Positions 36,327 to 47,398 of a DNA stretch of 64,000 nt are shown piece by piece; position 1 is the first letter of the stretch, and the number at the start of each line of letters is the position of its first letter. This DNA comes from Myxococcota bacterium (lineage in GTDB: Bacteria; Myxococcota_A; UBA796; SXON01): the NCBI GenBank assembly GCA_040386535.1, contig JAZKFH010000024.1, positions 95,047-159,046 on the forward strand, read 5' to 3'. The translations under genes and the position numbers were made by a program. Below the pieces are notes generated by a model. The model ran no database searches. It was not told the origin of the DNA and worked only from the letters and a program-made list of their open reading frames with translations.

Positions 36327-38060
36327 CTACTCCGGGACCACGGGGGTGACGGGGACAGCAGGGCTGGGCCCGCGGGGCTTGGTCGCCTTGATGACGAACT
36401 CGACGCGGCGGTTGTTCGCCTTGCCGGCCGAGCTCGCGTTCGTGTCGATGGGCTTGCCCTCACCGTACCCCTCGCCGTAGAGGCGCGCGGGATCGACCTT
36501 GCCGGTCGTCGTGAGCCACTTGACCACGGCCTCGGCGCGGCCCTTGGAGAGCGTCAGGTTCTTGTCGTCCTTGCCGTCGCTGTCCGTGTGCCCGGCGACC
36601 TCGACCTTGACGATGTCGGCGTTGCCGTTGAGGACGTTGGCGATCTCCTGGAGGAGCGGGAAACTCTCCTTCTTGATCGTCGTCTTGTTCGTGTCGAAGA
36701 AGATCTTGTCCATGATCTCGATCTTCTCGAGCGAGACGAACACCCGCTTGGGGCAGCCGTCGGAGCGCTCCGGATCTTCGCGCGGGTCCTTCGGCTCGTC
36801 CGGGCACTTGTCACGCTTGTCGGGGACGAGGTCCGCGTCGCGATCGGGGCAGCCCTTGGTGCGCTCCGACCCGGGCTCGGTCGGGCAGGCGTCGGCGTTG
36901 TCGGCGATGCGGTCCCCGTCGGAGTCGGGGCAGCCCACGGTCTCCTTCGGGCCGGCCTCGTTGGGGCAGGCATCCAGCGTGTCGACCAGGCCGTCCTTGT
37001 CGTTGTCGGTCTCGGGGCAGCCGTCGGTGTCCTCGAACGCGTCGCGATCCTCGGCGTCGTTCGGGCAGGTGTCCTTGCCGTCCACGATGCCGTCCTTGTC
37101 GTTGTCCTCCTCGGGGCAGCCGTCGCTGTCCTCGAAGTTGTCGATGTCCTCCGGCACGTCGATGCAGGCGTCATCGGGGTCGACGATGCCGTCCTTGTCG
37201 ATGTCGTAGATGGGCGCCTTGCCGGGGATGCGGTAGCCGAACTGGGCGAGCACGCGCACGTCCGGCGCGCCGACGCCGGCGACCAGGCCGGTGCCGATGC
37301 CGAGCGTGGCGACGAACCCGCTCTCCTTGCCGTAGGTGCCGTAGCCGTGCAGCTCGACGGGGTTCTTGTTGTAGGGGCCGACACCGCCGGCGAGCGCGAA
37401 CTGCGAGTCGAGCTCGGCGCCGATCGTGACGGCCTCGCTCACGTGGTAGCCGAGGCCGAGGCCGGCCTGGAGGCTCGAGCCGAACGAGAACTCGCCCAGG
37501 GCGTCCGCGGGGGCCGCGGCGGCGCCGAGGTTGCCGTCGATGAACAGGTTCTTGGTGGGGGACACGCCCGCCGCGAGCGTCAGGCCCGCGCCGAACCCGG
37601 CGCCCGTGCGCTTCTCGACGTTGCCCGTGGGCAGGTTGAGGACGGGGACGATGGCGAGGCCGAGCGGGTGCTTGTCGCGCATGAGCACCGGAAAGACGGC
37701 GCCGAGACGCATGTCACCGGTGGAGAAGCCGGACCGCTCGGGGTCCGAGGCGCCCAGGTAGGGGTAGAGCGGAAGATCGAGGTCGAGCCGGACCTTTCCG
37801 GCGACGTTGTACCCGGCGCCCACGCGGGTGGCGAACGAGTCGCTGAGGACCTGGACGCGCGTGCCGTCGTCGAAGACCTGGACGATGGGGTTGTGCGCGT
37901 ACACCAACCCGAGGTTCGCGTAGCCGGAGCCCGCCCAGCCGATGCCCGGGGACTGGACCTGGAGGCCGCCCTGCAGATCGGTGGTGGACCCCGCGGGCCG
38001 GTAGGTGTCGGAGTCCAACGCGTAGGCGGGGGACAAGGCAAGCAGCAACAGCATCGACAT
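36327..38060 (-). CDS. OmpA-family outer-membrane protein with N-terminal beta-barrel and thrombospondin type-3 repeats (TraB-like architecture)
   Basis: ATG 38060 after GGAG; amphipathic beta-strands; D.DKDGI.D..D.CP...ED.D.FED.DGCP repeats; GHTD...N..LS..RA..V and NRRVEF OmpA motifs. Confidence 0.85.
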   Translation of the reverse strand: MSMLLLLALSPAYALDSDTYRPAGSTTDLQGGLQVQSPGIGWAGSGYANLGLVYAHNPIVQVFDDGTRVQVLSDSFATRVGAGYNVAGKVRLDLDLPLYPYLGASDPERSGFSTGDMRLGAVFPVLMRDKHPLGLAIVPVLNLPTGNVEKRTGAGFGAGLTLAAGVSPTKNLFIDGNLGAAAAPADALGEFSFGSSLQAGLGLGYHVSEAVTIGAELDSQFALAGGVGPYNKNPVELHGYGTYGKESGFVATLGIGTGLVAGVGAPDVRVLAQFGYRIPGKAPIYDIDKDGIVDPDDACIDVPEDIDNFEDSDGCPEEDNDKDGIVDGKDTCPNDAEDRDAFEDTDGCPETDNDKDGLVDTLDACPNEAGPKETVGCPDSDGDRIADNADACPTEPGSERTKGCPDRDADLVPDKRDKCPDEPKDPREDPERSDGCPKRVFVSLEKIEIMDKIFFDTNKTTIKKESFPLLQEIANVLNGNADIVKVEVAGHTDSDGKDDKNLTLSKGRAEAVVKWLTTTGKVDPARLYGEGYGEGKPIDTNASSAGKANNRRVEFVIKATKPRGPSPAVPVTPVVPE

Positions 38061-38182
38061 CAGCGTCTCCGAAGCCGCGAAGGTACGCGGAGACATCCGG
38101 TGACGCAAGAGGCGAGTTGGTGACGGTCAGCCGCGTGAAAGAAACGAACACGCCTCGCTCACGATGAACGAGGCGCGACGAT

Positions 38183-39454
38183 TCAGTGCACGCCCTTCTT
38201 GGCACGGAGCTCGGCCCCGTGGCTGACGTGGTCGTTCCACGACGCGGGCGGGAGGCTGTTGGCGACCGGCACCATCGTGATGCAATCGGGCACCGGGCAC
38301 ACGATCTGGCAGAGATTGCAGCCGACACACTCGGATTCGTCGATGAGCGGCGCCTTCACGTCGACCCCGACCGAGATGCACTGGTGCGCCCCGTCGTGAC
38401 AGGCCACGACGCAACGATTGCAGCCGATGCAGGTGTTCGCGTCGATCTTCGCCACGGTGTCGTAGTTCAGGTCGAGGTTTCCCCACTCCGAGAAGCTCGG
38501 GAGCGCCCGGCCGACCATCTGGTCGACGCGCTCGAATTGGTGGGTCCGCATGTACTCTTCGAGGCCCTCGATCATGTCCTCGACGATGCGGAAGCCGTGG
38601 AGCATGACGGCCGTGCACACCTGGACGCTCGAGGCGCCGAGGAGGAGGAACTCGACCGCGTCGCGCCAGCTGGAGATGCCGCCGATGCCGCTGATGGGGA
38701 GGCGGAAGTCGGGGTTGCGGCCGAGCTCGCCCGTCATGAACAGCGCGATGGGCTTGACCGCGGGCCCGCAGTAGCCGCCGTTCGTGGAGAGCCCGGCGAC
38801 GCGCGGCTCGAGCACGTACCGATCGATGTCGACGCCGATGATGCTCTTGATCGTGTTGATCAACGAGACGCCGTCGGCCCCGCCGGCCTGCGCCGCCATC
38901 CCGTGCGGGAGGATGTTCGACACGTTGGGCGTGAGCTTCACGAGCACCGGGATGGTGGAGAACTCCTTCGCCCAGCTCGTGATGCGCTCGTTGACGGCCG
39001 GCTCCTGGCCGACCGCCGAGCCCATGCCGCGCTCGCACATGCCGTGGGGGCAGCCGAAGTTGAGCTCGAGGCCATCCGCGCCGGCGTCGATCGAGCGCTT
39101 GATGATCTCCCGCCACTCCTCCTTCGTCTCGACCATGAGGGAGACGATGACGGCGTGTTTCGGGTACTTCTTCTTGACCTCGTAGATCTCGCGGAAGTTC
39201 GTCTCGAGGGGACGGTCCGTGATGAGCTCGATGTTGTTGAAGCCGAGCGGCTCGATGTTGCCGTAGAGCTTGTTCGCGCCGAAGCGGGACGACACGTTCT
39301 GGATGGGCGTCCCGAGCGTTTTCCACACGGCGCCGCCCCAGCCGGCGTCGAAGGCGCGCTCGATCTGCCCGCCCGAGTTGGTGGGGGGCGCGCTCGCGAG
39401 CCAGAAGGGGTTGGGGGAGATGATCCCGCCCGTGTTGGTGGTCAGATCAAGCAT
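38183..39454 (-). CDS. preA: NAD-dependent dihydropyrimidine dehydrogenase subunit PreA
   Basis: NPFWLASAPPT, NNIELITDR, ELNFGCPHGMCERGMG, C-terminal 2x[4Fe-4S] motifs; ATG 39454 after GGAGG. Confidence 0.95.
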   Translation of the reverse strand: MLDLTTNTGGIISPNPFWLASAPPTNSGGQIERAFDAGWGGAVWKTLGTPIQNVSSRFGANKLYGNIEPLGFNNIELITDRPLETNFREIYEVKKKYPKHAVIVSLMVETKEEWREIIKRSIDAGADGLELNFGCPHGMCERGMGSAVGQEPAVNERITSWAKEFSTIPVLVKLTPNVSNILPHGMAAQAGGADGVSLINTIKSIIGVDIDRYVLEPRVAGLSTNGGYCGPAVKPIALFMTGELGRNPDFRLPISGIGGISSWRDAVEFLLLGASSVQVCTAVMLHGFRIVEDMIEGLEEYMRTHQFERVDQMVGRALPSFSEWGNLDLNYDTVAKIDANTCIGCNRCVVACHDGAHQCISVGVDVKAPLIDESECVGCNLCQIVCPVPDCITMVPVANSLPPASWNDHVSHGAELRAKKGVH

Positions 39455-40724
39455 GCCCGCCTCCCGTGATGAACGCGTGGATTGCGGCGGCGGCACGTTT
39501 GCCCTCGGCCACCGCGTTGACGACCTCCTTGCCGCCGTTCAGGGCGTCGCCGCCGACGTACCAGCCGGGGCGGGACGTGGCGCCGCCGCGGTCGGCCACC
39601 ACGCGGCCGGCCTCGGCGTGGATGCCGAGCGTCGCGAGCTGCTCGCCGAGCTTGGACTGGCCGATGGCGACGAGCACGAGCTGGGCGGGCACGTCGTGGG
39701 TGCCGGTGATGTCCGTGTAGCGGACGGCGGACACCGCCTCGTTCCCGACGAAGCCCGCGGGGGAAGCGCCCCAGATGGCGCGCGCGCCGTCCTGCTTCGC
39801 GGCGTCCCACTCGTGGGAATAGCCGCTCATCTTCGCCTCGGTGCCGCGGTACACCATCGTGACCGAGGGCACGCCGAGGCCGATCAGCTCGCGCACGCAG
39901 TCCACCGCGGTGTTTCCGCCGCCGACGACGACGGCCTCGCGCACGTGCGTCATGTCGACGCGGCCGAGCTTCATGCGCTCGATCCAGGCCACCGCGCCGG
40001 TCACGCCGTGGAGCTCCGCGCCGGGGAGGCTGCGGTCCGGGCCGAGGCCCACGCCGAGGAACACCGCGTCATGCTCGGCGCCGAGCGACTCCCAGGTGCG
40101 GTCGCGACCGATCTCCGTGTTGGTGACGATCTCGACGCCGCCGATGCCGAGCACCCACTCGAGCTCGGCCATCGCGTCCTCCGCGCGGAGCTTGTAAGGC
40201 GCGACGCCGGTGACGTTCAGGCCTCCGGGCACGGCGCCCTTCTCGTAGATCGTGACGGCGTGGCCGTGGCGACGGAGCTCGTGCGCCGCCGCGAGGGAAG
40301 CGGGCCCGGCGCCGACGAGCGCGACACGCTTGCCCGAGTCGGGGCCGGCCTCGAAGAAGCGCCAGTTGGCCGCCACGGCCTTGTCGGTGGCGTAGCGCTG
40401 CAGCCGCCCGATCTGGATCGGGGGGATGCCGGCCTCGTTGTAGACGCAGTCACCGACACAGAGGACCTCGACCGGGCACACCCGCGCGCACGACGCGCCG
40501 AGGATGTTCGCGTCGAAGATCGTGCGGGCGGAGCCCTTCACGTTCCCGGTCGCGATCTTCCGGATGAAGCTCGGGATGTCGATCTCGGTCGGGCAGGCCT
40601 TGATGCAGGGCGCGTCGTAACAGTAGAGGCAACGGGACGCCTCGGCCGCGGCCTGCTGCGCGTCATACGGCGCCTTGTAGTCCTCGAACACGGACTCGGA
40701 TCGAGGATCGGGCAGCTTCCACAT
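39447..40724 (-). CDS. preT: Dihydropyrimidine dehydrogenase subunit PreT (GltD-like)
   Basis: RCLYCYDAPCIKACPT, CARVCPVEVLC, GAGPASL, GGGNTAVD; overlaps the preA start. Confidence 0.9.
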   Translation of the reverse strand: MWKLPDPRSESVFEDYKAPYDAQQAAAEASRCLYCYDAPCIKACPTEIDIPSFIRKIATGNVKGSARTIFDANILGASCARVCPVEVLCVGDCVYNEAGIPPIQIGRLQRYATDKAVAANWRFFEAGPDSGKRVALVGAGPASLAAAHELRRHGHAVTIYEKGAVPGGLNVTGVAPYKLRAEDAMAELEWVLGIGGVEIVTNTEIGRDRTWESLGAEHDAVFLGVGLGPDRSLPGAELHGVTGAVAWIERMKLGRVDMTHVREAVVVGGGNTAVDCVRELIGLGVPSVTMVYRGTEAKMSGYSHEWDAAKQDGARAIWGASPAGFVGNEAVSAVRYTDITGTHDVPAQLVLVAIGQSKLGEQLATLGIHAEAGRVVADRGGATSRPGWYVGGDALNGGKEVVNAVAEGKRAAAAIHAFITGGGHA

Positions 40725-40870
40725 CGCGGGGGACTCCGGGGGGCGGAGGGGAGGTCGGACGGGCGTTGTACCACGGTTGCCGCCGTTCCGGGGAGCCCCG
40801 GTCGCCCGCCCCGGGGTCCGGGCCACCTCGTCGCCGGACGGAAGGAGTAGACTCCCCAGCCGGAGAATCC

Positions 40871-42430
<1,560 letters not shown>

Positions 42431-42465
42431 GCACCGGCGCCCTGTCTGGGGCTCCGTCCCCGCCG

Positions 42466-43761
42466 CTACTCCACGATGACCTCGATCTCGTGGAACACGG
42501 CCGGGGTCACCGGCGTGCGGTCGTTGTTCGCGAGTTGGACGCGCAAGAGGTGGCTACCGGCCGCGAGCCCGCTGAGCGGGACGAACCCGGTGGTGTCCTC
42601 CTGCAGGAGCGCCCCGTCCAGCCAGACCTGCGCATGGCCGACGTGCGGCGCGTTCGCCCCGTCCATCGCGCCGCCGTCGAGCGTGAAGTTCTCCGCCTCG
42701 AACGACAGGTCGAAGTCGGAGTCCATGCGCCACCGGGCCCCCGGGTAGGTGATGAGCGCATCGGGCCGGTCGTCGGCGATGTGCACGCGGAGCCGGTCGA
42801 TCACGGGCAGCTCGAACCCATCGTTCGAGACCAGGCGCGCCTCGAAGAGGTGGGGGCCCGGGGCCACGTTCTGGAGGAGGTGCGCCGTGTTCCACGTGCG
42901 GTCCATCCAGAGCCCGTCCATGAAGAGGTGCAGGTGGCCCTCCCCCTCGACGGGCGCGCGCGTGCCGTCGCTCTCGACGAGGGTGAAGGCGCTCGTGGAG
43001 AGCGACAGCGGGAGCGTGGCGCTGTCGTAGGGGGCCGCGAACGCCGTGCGGTCGAAGTATACGCCGCGCGCCGTCGCGAGCACCTCCACCCGCGACTCGC
43101 CGAAGATCGGCGGCTCGAACGGCGCCCCGTCGTTGCCGACGAGATCAACGCGGATCGTATGCGCGCCCGGGGCCAGGCCGGTCGCCATCGCGACCGTCGG
43201 ATCCGCACCCCAGTCGCGCCGCTCGCCGTCGACCGAGATGAGGAAGTGGCCCTGCCCGAACACGTCTTCGGAGCCGACGGCGTCCTTCAGCGTGAACTCG
43301 TCGATGATGAGACCCAGGGGGGTGCTGCTGGCGGTGAGCGTCGCGCCGTCCGCCGGGCTCACCAGATCGATGGTGGGAAAGGCGGCCTGCACCTCGACGC
43401 TGTCACGCGCCTCCAGCTCCTGGTGATCGTTCCGCGCGAGCCGTACCAACAAGGTGTGCGGCCCCTCGCGCAGATCGGTGACACGGGCATTGGTGTCGGC
43501 CGACTCCTCGAAGAGCTCGCCGTCCACGTACACGTGCACGTGGCCGTGCCCCTCGACCGCCTCGCCGCCGAGCGCGGTCGGATCGAGCTCCATCCCGCTC
43601 ACCGTCCAGCCGAGCTCCATCGCCCCGTCGTAGCTCCCGTCGCCGTCCGCGGGCGTGGTGAGCGTGATGGTTGGGATCTCGGGCTGCGGCGCCGGAGGAC
43701 CCGGCTCGTCGAGATCCGAAACACAGGCGATTGAAAGCAGAAGAAGACCAGACACGCACAC
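42466..43761 (-). CDS. Lipoprotein with four His-motif Ig-like repeats (DUF4399/DUF6130-like)
   Basis: LSIAC lipobox; four units of GH-x-(H)-xxx-DG...L..G.H...L..ND; start uncertain (43755-43770). Confidence 0.6.
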   Translation of the reverse strand: MCVSGLLLLSIACVSDLDEPGPPAPQPEIPTITLTTPADGDGSYDGAMELGWTVSGMELDPTALGGEAVEGHGHVHVYVDGELFEESADTNARVTDLREGPHTLLVRLARNDHQELEARDSVEVQAAFPTIDLVSPADGATLTASSTPLGLIIDEFTLKDAVGSEDVFGQGHFLISVDGERRDWGADPTVAMATGLAPGAHTIRVDLVGNDGAPFEPPIFGESRVEVLATARGVYFDRTAFAAPYDSATLPLSLSTSAFTLVESDGTRAPVEGEGHLHLFMDGLWMDRTWNTAHLLQNVAPGPHLFEARLVSNDGFELPVIDRLRVHIADDRPDALITYPGARWRMDSDFDLSFEAENFTLDGGAMDGANAPHVGHAQVWLDGALLQEDTTGFVPLSGLAAGSHLLRVQLANNDRTPVTPAVFHEIEVIVE

Positions 43762-43930
43762 CCCCGACACATACCCAAGCTTGGGCTTGGCGAACGATCG
43801 CGGCAAGGCTCCCACCCCCACTGAGGCCCAACGAGACTCTACCGAGGCTCTACCGAGGCCACGGCCCCGGGCGATCGCTTGTCCAGCAGCGGCCAGGAGC
43901 TAACTAGTAGCGGGCCAAGGAGGGAATCTC

Positions 43931-44632
43931 ATGTCGAAGAGCCGCAGTCCGAAGAGCTTCAGTGCGAAGAGTTTGTGGATCCTGGCGATCCCGCTCGTGT
44001 TGGCGGCGTGCCAGAAGTCGCCCGAAGCCTACGAGGGGTATGGCGGCGCGCCGCCGGAGGCCGACGACCAGCAAGGGACGAACGGCGAGATGGGCCCGCC
44101 GGGGACGGACGGGTTCGGCCAGCAGGGCACGGACGGGTTCGGCCAACAGGGGCGCCCCGACGTCGGCGCCAGCCGCCCGGGCGTGCCACCCGCGGTCAAC
44201 GAGCTCCAGCAATACGTGGCACAGCTCCGCGGGGCTGGTGACATGCAATACACCGACATCGCCCAGGCCCTGCGCAACGTCGCGGCGGCGTACCGCGCCC
44301 TGCCGAACGCAAGCCCCTCCTTCACGGACCAGGTCACCAAGATCGAGTCCTACGCCGACCGCATCGAGGCCGCGGGCGCGACCTCCGACATGCAGGCACG
44401 GTGGGTGAAGCGGGCCCTCACCGAGAGCGTCGACGCGCTCGACCAGTACGGCAAGGAGCAGAACCTGACCGGGATGGACGAGCGCACCCGGAACGTGCGG
44501 GAGCAGGTGGACCAGCTCGTCGAGGACCAGCCGTTCACCGCCCAGAAGGACGTGTTCGTCAACGCCCTGTCACAGCTGTCGGACACCCTGGTCCAATACA
44601 GCGTGCCCCGGCAGCAGCCCGGCACCGAATGA
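43931..44632 (+). CDS. Hypothetical helical lipoprotein
   Basis: LAAC lipobox, low-complexity linker with GTDGFGQQ x2, helical C-terminal domain. Confidence 0.65.
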   Translation: MSKSRSPKSFSAKSLWILAIPLVLAACQKSPEAYEGYGGAPPEADDQQGTNGEMGPPGTDGFGQQGTDGFGQQGRPDVGASRPGVPPAVNELQQYVAQLRGAGDMQYTDIAQALRNVAAAYRALPNASPSFTDQVTKIESYADRIEAAGATSDMQARWVKRALTESVDALDQYGKEQNLTGMDERTRNVREQVDQLVEDQPFTAQKDVFVNALSQLSDTLVQYSVPRQQPGTE

Positions 44633-44738
44633 CGGGGCGCCCGGCGGGGAGCGGGCCCCGACGCCTGCTCCCCGGCCGGGCCACCGCTTGCCAGGTGCTC
44701 GGGCAGCACTAGGTTGGGAGCGGTGCTTGGGGGATAGC

Positions 44739-45401
44739 ATGTGGAAGATTTGGATCCTGACCTTTCCGTTGGTTGTTTCCATTGGTTGCCGGAAGGGGGA
44801 ACAGCCGCTCGAAACGCCGACGACGCCGGGCCAGAACGAGCAGCAGCCCGGGGGGATGTGGGAGGAGTTCGGTGGAGAGGGTGGCACCCAGCCGAGCCAG
44901 CCCGGCACGCCGTCCGGCGAGGGTATGGGGCCGGTCGGGCAGGCGCCGACGCAGCCGACGAACCCCGCGGTGGGCGAGCTGGCCCTCAACATCGAGTCGA
45001 TCCGGAGCGCCGAGCAGCTCGCGAATGACGACGCCGCGACGGCGCTGCGCAACGTGGCGACCGGGCTCGAGCAGATGGCCGGCGCCGAGGGGGCGGCCGA
45101 GAACATCGCCCGCATCCGCAGCCTCGCCGACCAGATCCAGGCGTCGGACCCCACGTCTCCCGAGCAGAGCAGCCTCGCGAGGGCGGCGATGGAGGAGAGC
45201 ATGACCGCGCTCCAGAACCTGGCGACCAGCCGTGGCATCACGGACTTCGATCCGCAGGTGCAGAACATGCGCATGCGGATGGAGGCGCTCCAGGCAAACC
45301 AGCCGCTCGCGACGCAGGGGGCCGCGTTCGCCGACTCGCTCCAGCAGATCGCCGATTCGATGACCATGATCGAACAGCGCCCGGCTACCGGGACGCAGTG
45401 A
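44739..45401 (+). CDS. Hypothetical helical lipoprotein, paralogue of 43931-44632
   Basis: SIGC lipobox; shares PAV.EL, ALRNVA, I.S.AD.I.A, A..ES..AL and L.Q..D with the neighbour. Confidence 0.65.
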   Translation: MWKIWILTFPLVVSIGCRKGEQPLETPTTPGQNEQQPGGMWEEFGGEGGTQPSQPGTPSGEGMGPVGQAPTQPTNPAVGELALNIESIRSAEQLANDDAATALRNVATGLEQMAGAEGAAENIARIRSLADQIQASDPTSPEQSSLARAAMEESMTALQNLATSRGITDFDPQVQNMRMRMEALQANQPLATQGAAFADSLQQIADSMTMIEQRPATGTQ

Positions 45402-45446
45402 CTGGCCCGGCGTCGCCGTGGTGAAACGGCGGCGCCGCGGGCCGCT

Positions 45447-46748
45447 CTACCGGGCCTTGGCTGCCACGAGCGCGCGCTCCAGCATGCCGAGGCCGTCGTC
45501 GATCTGGGACTCTTCGATGAGCATGGGCGGCGCGATGCGGAACACGTTGCCCCAGCGCCCGCCCTTGCCGATGATGAGGCCCTCGAAGCGCGCCGCCTCG
45601 AAGATGCGCGCCGTGAGCGCGGCGTCGGGCGTGCGATCGCCGGCGACCTCGTCCACCACGATCTCGATCGCCTGCATCAGCCCGAGCCCGCGCACCTGGC
45701 CGATGTTCGCGGGGAAACGCGCCTGGAGCGCTTCGAGCCCCGCGCGCAGCCGCGCCCCGAGCCGGGCCGACCGCGCCGGGATGTCCTCGCGGTGCATCAC
45801 CTCGAGCGTGGCCTTGGCGGCCGCCATGGCGAGCGGGTTGCCGCCGAAGGTCGATAGGGTTTGCCGGGGGAGCGACTTCGCGATCTCCGGCGTGGTCATG
45901 CAGTTGGCCGCCGGGAGGCCGTTGGCGATGCCCTTCGCCATCGTGACGATGTCCGGCTGCACGCCGTAGTGTTGGAAGCCCCACCAATGGTCACCGGTGC
46001 GCCCGAACCCGGTCTGCACCTCGTCCGCGATGAAGAGCCCGCCGTACTTGCGGACGATCCCGACCGCCACCTCGAAGTACTCCTTCGGGGGCACCACGAA
46101 CCCGCCCACGCCCTGCACCGGCTCGGCCAGGAACCCCGCGATCTGGCCGGTCGTCGTGTATTGGATCAGGTTCTCGATGTCCCGGGCGCACTGGATGTTG
46201 CAGCTCGGGTACTTCAGGTTGAACGGGCACCGGTAGCAGTCGGGCTGCACCGCGTGCTTCACGCCCGCGATCTGCTGGGGCAACACGCGCCAATTCGCGT
46301 GCCCCATCAAGGACTGCGCCAGCGCCGAGCGGCCGGAATAGCCGTTCCGAAGCGCGATGATCTCGCTCTTGCCGGTGTGGCACATCGCGAGCATGACCGC
46401 CATCTCGTCGGCCTCGGTGCCGCTCGCGGTGAAGAAGCTCTGCGACACGTCGCCCGGCATGATCCCGGCGAGCGCCTCGGCCACCTGCACCATGGGCGCG
46501 GTCGGGTACAGCGACGAGATGTGAGAGAGCCGCTCGAGCTGCACGCGCACGGCGCCGTTCACGTCCTCGTTGGCGTGCGAGAGCGACACGGTGAGGATGC
46601 CACCGAAGAAGTCGAGGTACTCGCGCCCGTCCGTGTCGGTGATCGTGAGGCCCTTCGCACGGTCGATCGCGATGGGCTCCTGGTAGTAGTTGATCACCGA
46701 CGGCATGAGGTACTGACGGTGCTTCTGACGGATCTCGTCGCCGGTCAT
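45447..46748 (-). CDS. Class III PLP aminotransferase (probable beta-alanine aminotransferase, AGXT2-like)
   Basis: YLDFFGGI, SGTEA, AEPVQGVGG, IADEVQTGFGRTG, PDIVTMAKG, STFGGNP; lies within the pyrimidine catabolic region. Confidence 0.85.
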   Translation of the reverse strand: MTGDEIRQKHRQYLMPSVINYYQEPIAIDRAKGLTITDTDGREYLDFFGGILTVSLSHANEDVNGAVRVQLERLSHISSLYPTAPMVQVAEALAGIMPGDVSQSFFTASGTEADEMAVMLAMCHTGKSEIIALRNGYSGRSALAQSLMGHANWRVLPQQIAGVKHAVQPDCYRCPFNLKYPSCNIQCARDIENLIQYTTTGQIAGFLAEPVQGVGGFVVPPKEYFEVAVGIVRKYGGLFIADEVQTGFGRTGDHWWGFQHYGVQPDIVTMAKGIANGLPAANCMTTPEIAKSLPRQTLSTFGGNPLAMAAAKATLEVMHREDIPARSARLGARLRAGLEALQARFPANIGQVRGLGLMQAIEIVVDEVAGDRTPDAALTARIFEAARFEGLIIGKGGRWGNVFRIAPPMLIEESQIDDGLGMLERALVAAKAR

Positions 46749-46789
46749 CGGGGCTCCAGGGATGGGGGAGCGGAGGTTATCATGAGGGC

Positions 46790-47371
46790 ATGGCCGATCC
46801 TGCGCGACGCCGAATGACGGTCGACGAGTTCTACGCCCTGCCGCCCGAGGAGCTGGAAGGGAACCCGGAGCTCATCGACGGGGAGCTCGTGTATCGGAGC
46901 CACGCGCGGATGCGGCACGGATCGAGCCAGGGGCGCTTCGTGCGTGTCCTCGCCGATCTGGACCCGTACGACCCCGACGCGCCGGGCTGGTGGATCGTGG
47001 TCGAGCAGGACTGGCGGCTGAACACCCGAAACATCCTCGTCCCCGACGTCGCGGGCTGGAGGCGAGAGCGTCTCCCCGAAGTCGTCGAAGGCCCGATCGA
47101 GATCCGTCCAGATTGGGTGTGTGAGCTGGTCTCCCCGGGGCACGAGAGCCACGACCTCAAGTTCAAGAGCCGGGTCTACCGGGAGCACGAGGTCCCCTGG
47201 TATTGGACCGTTTTCCCCGAGTCGGGGCTGGTTCAGGTCTTCCAGAACGCCGGTCCCACCTGGACCCTGCACGGCACGTACGCTGTAGGCGAGAAGGCCC
47301 GCATCCCTCCGTTCGAAGAGCTCGAGATCGTTCTGGACCACCTCTTCCTCCCGCCCCTCAAGAACCGATAG
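46790..47371 (+). CDS. Uma2 family PD-(D/E)XK endonuclease-like protein
   Basis: ELIDGEL, H, VPDVAGWRRER, PDWVCELVSP, D...K...Y...VPWYW. Confidence 0.85.
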   Translation: MADPARRRMTVDEFYALPPEELEGNPELIDGELVYRSHARMRHGSSQGRFVRVLADLDPYDPDAPGWWIVVEQDWRLNTRNILVPDVAGWRRERLPEVVEGPIEIRPDWVCELVSPGHESHDLKFKSRVYREHEVPWYWTVFPESGLVQVFQNAGPTWTLHGTYAVGEKARIPPFEELEIVLDHLFLPPLKNR

Positions 47372-47398
47372 ACTGCCGCTCCCACCTACGGAGCGCCC

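Noticed and set aside
32769..38123. 1784-aa plus-strand ORF and similar long V/A/G/R-rich ORFs (8868-11564, 11663-14209, 51869-55543)
   Set aside because: Antisense shadows of Asp-rich or high-GC3 genes; no motifs, and stop-codon scarcity explains their length
43774..43858. 12-bp palindrome CCCAAGCTTGGG and 11-bp tandem CTCTACCGAGG x2
   Set aside because: Short single occurrences with no second site in the window; cannot be told from chance or slippage
46790..47371. Uma2 as a restriction or anti-phage system
   Set aside because: Solitary gene with no methyltransferase or other defence partner; Uma2 genes are commonly scattered
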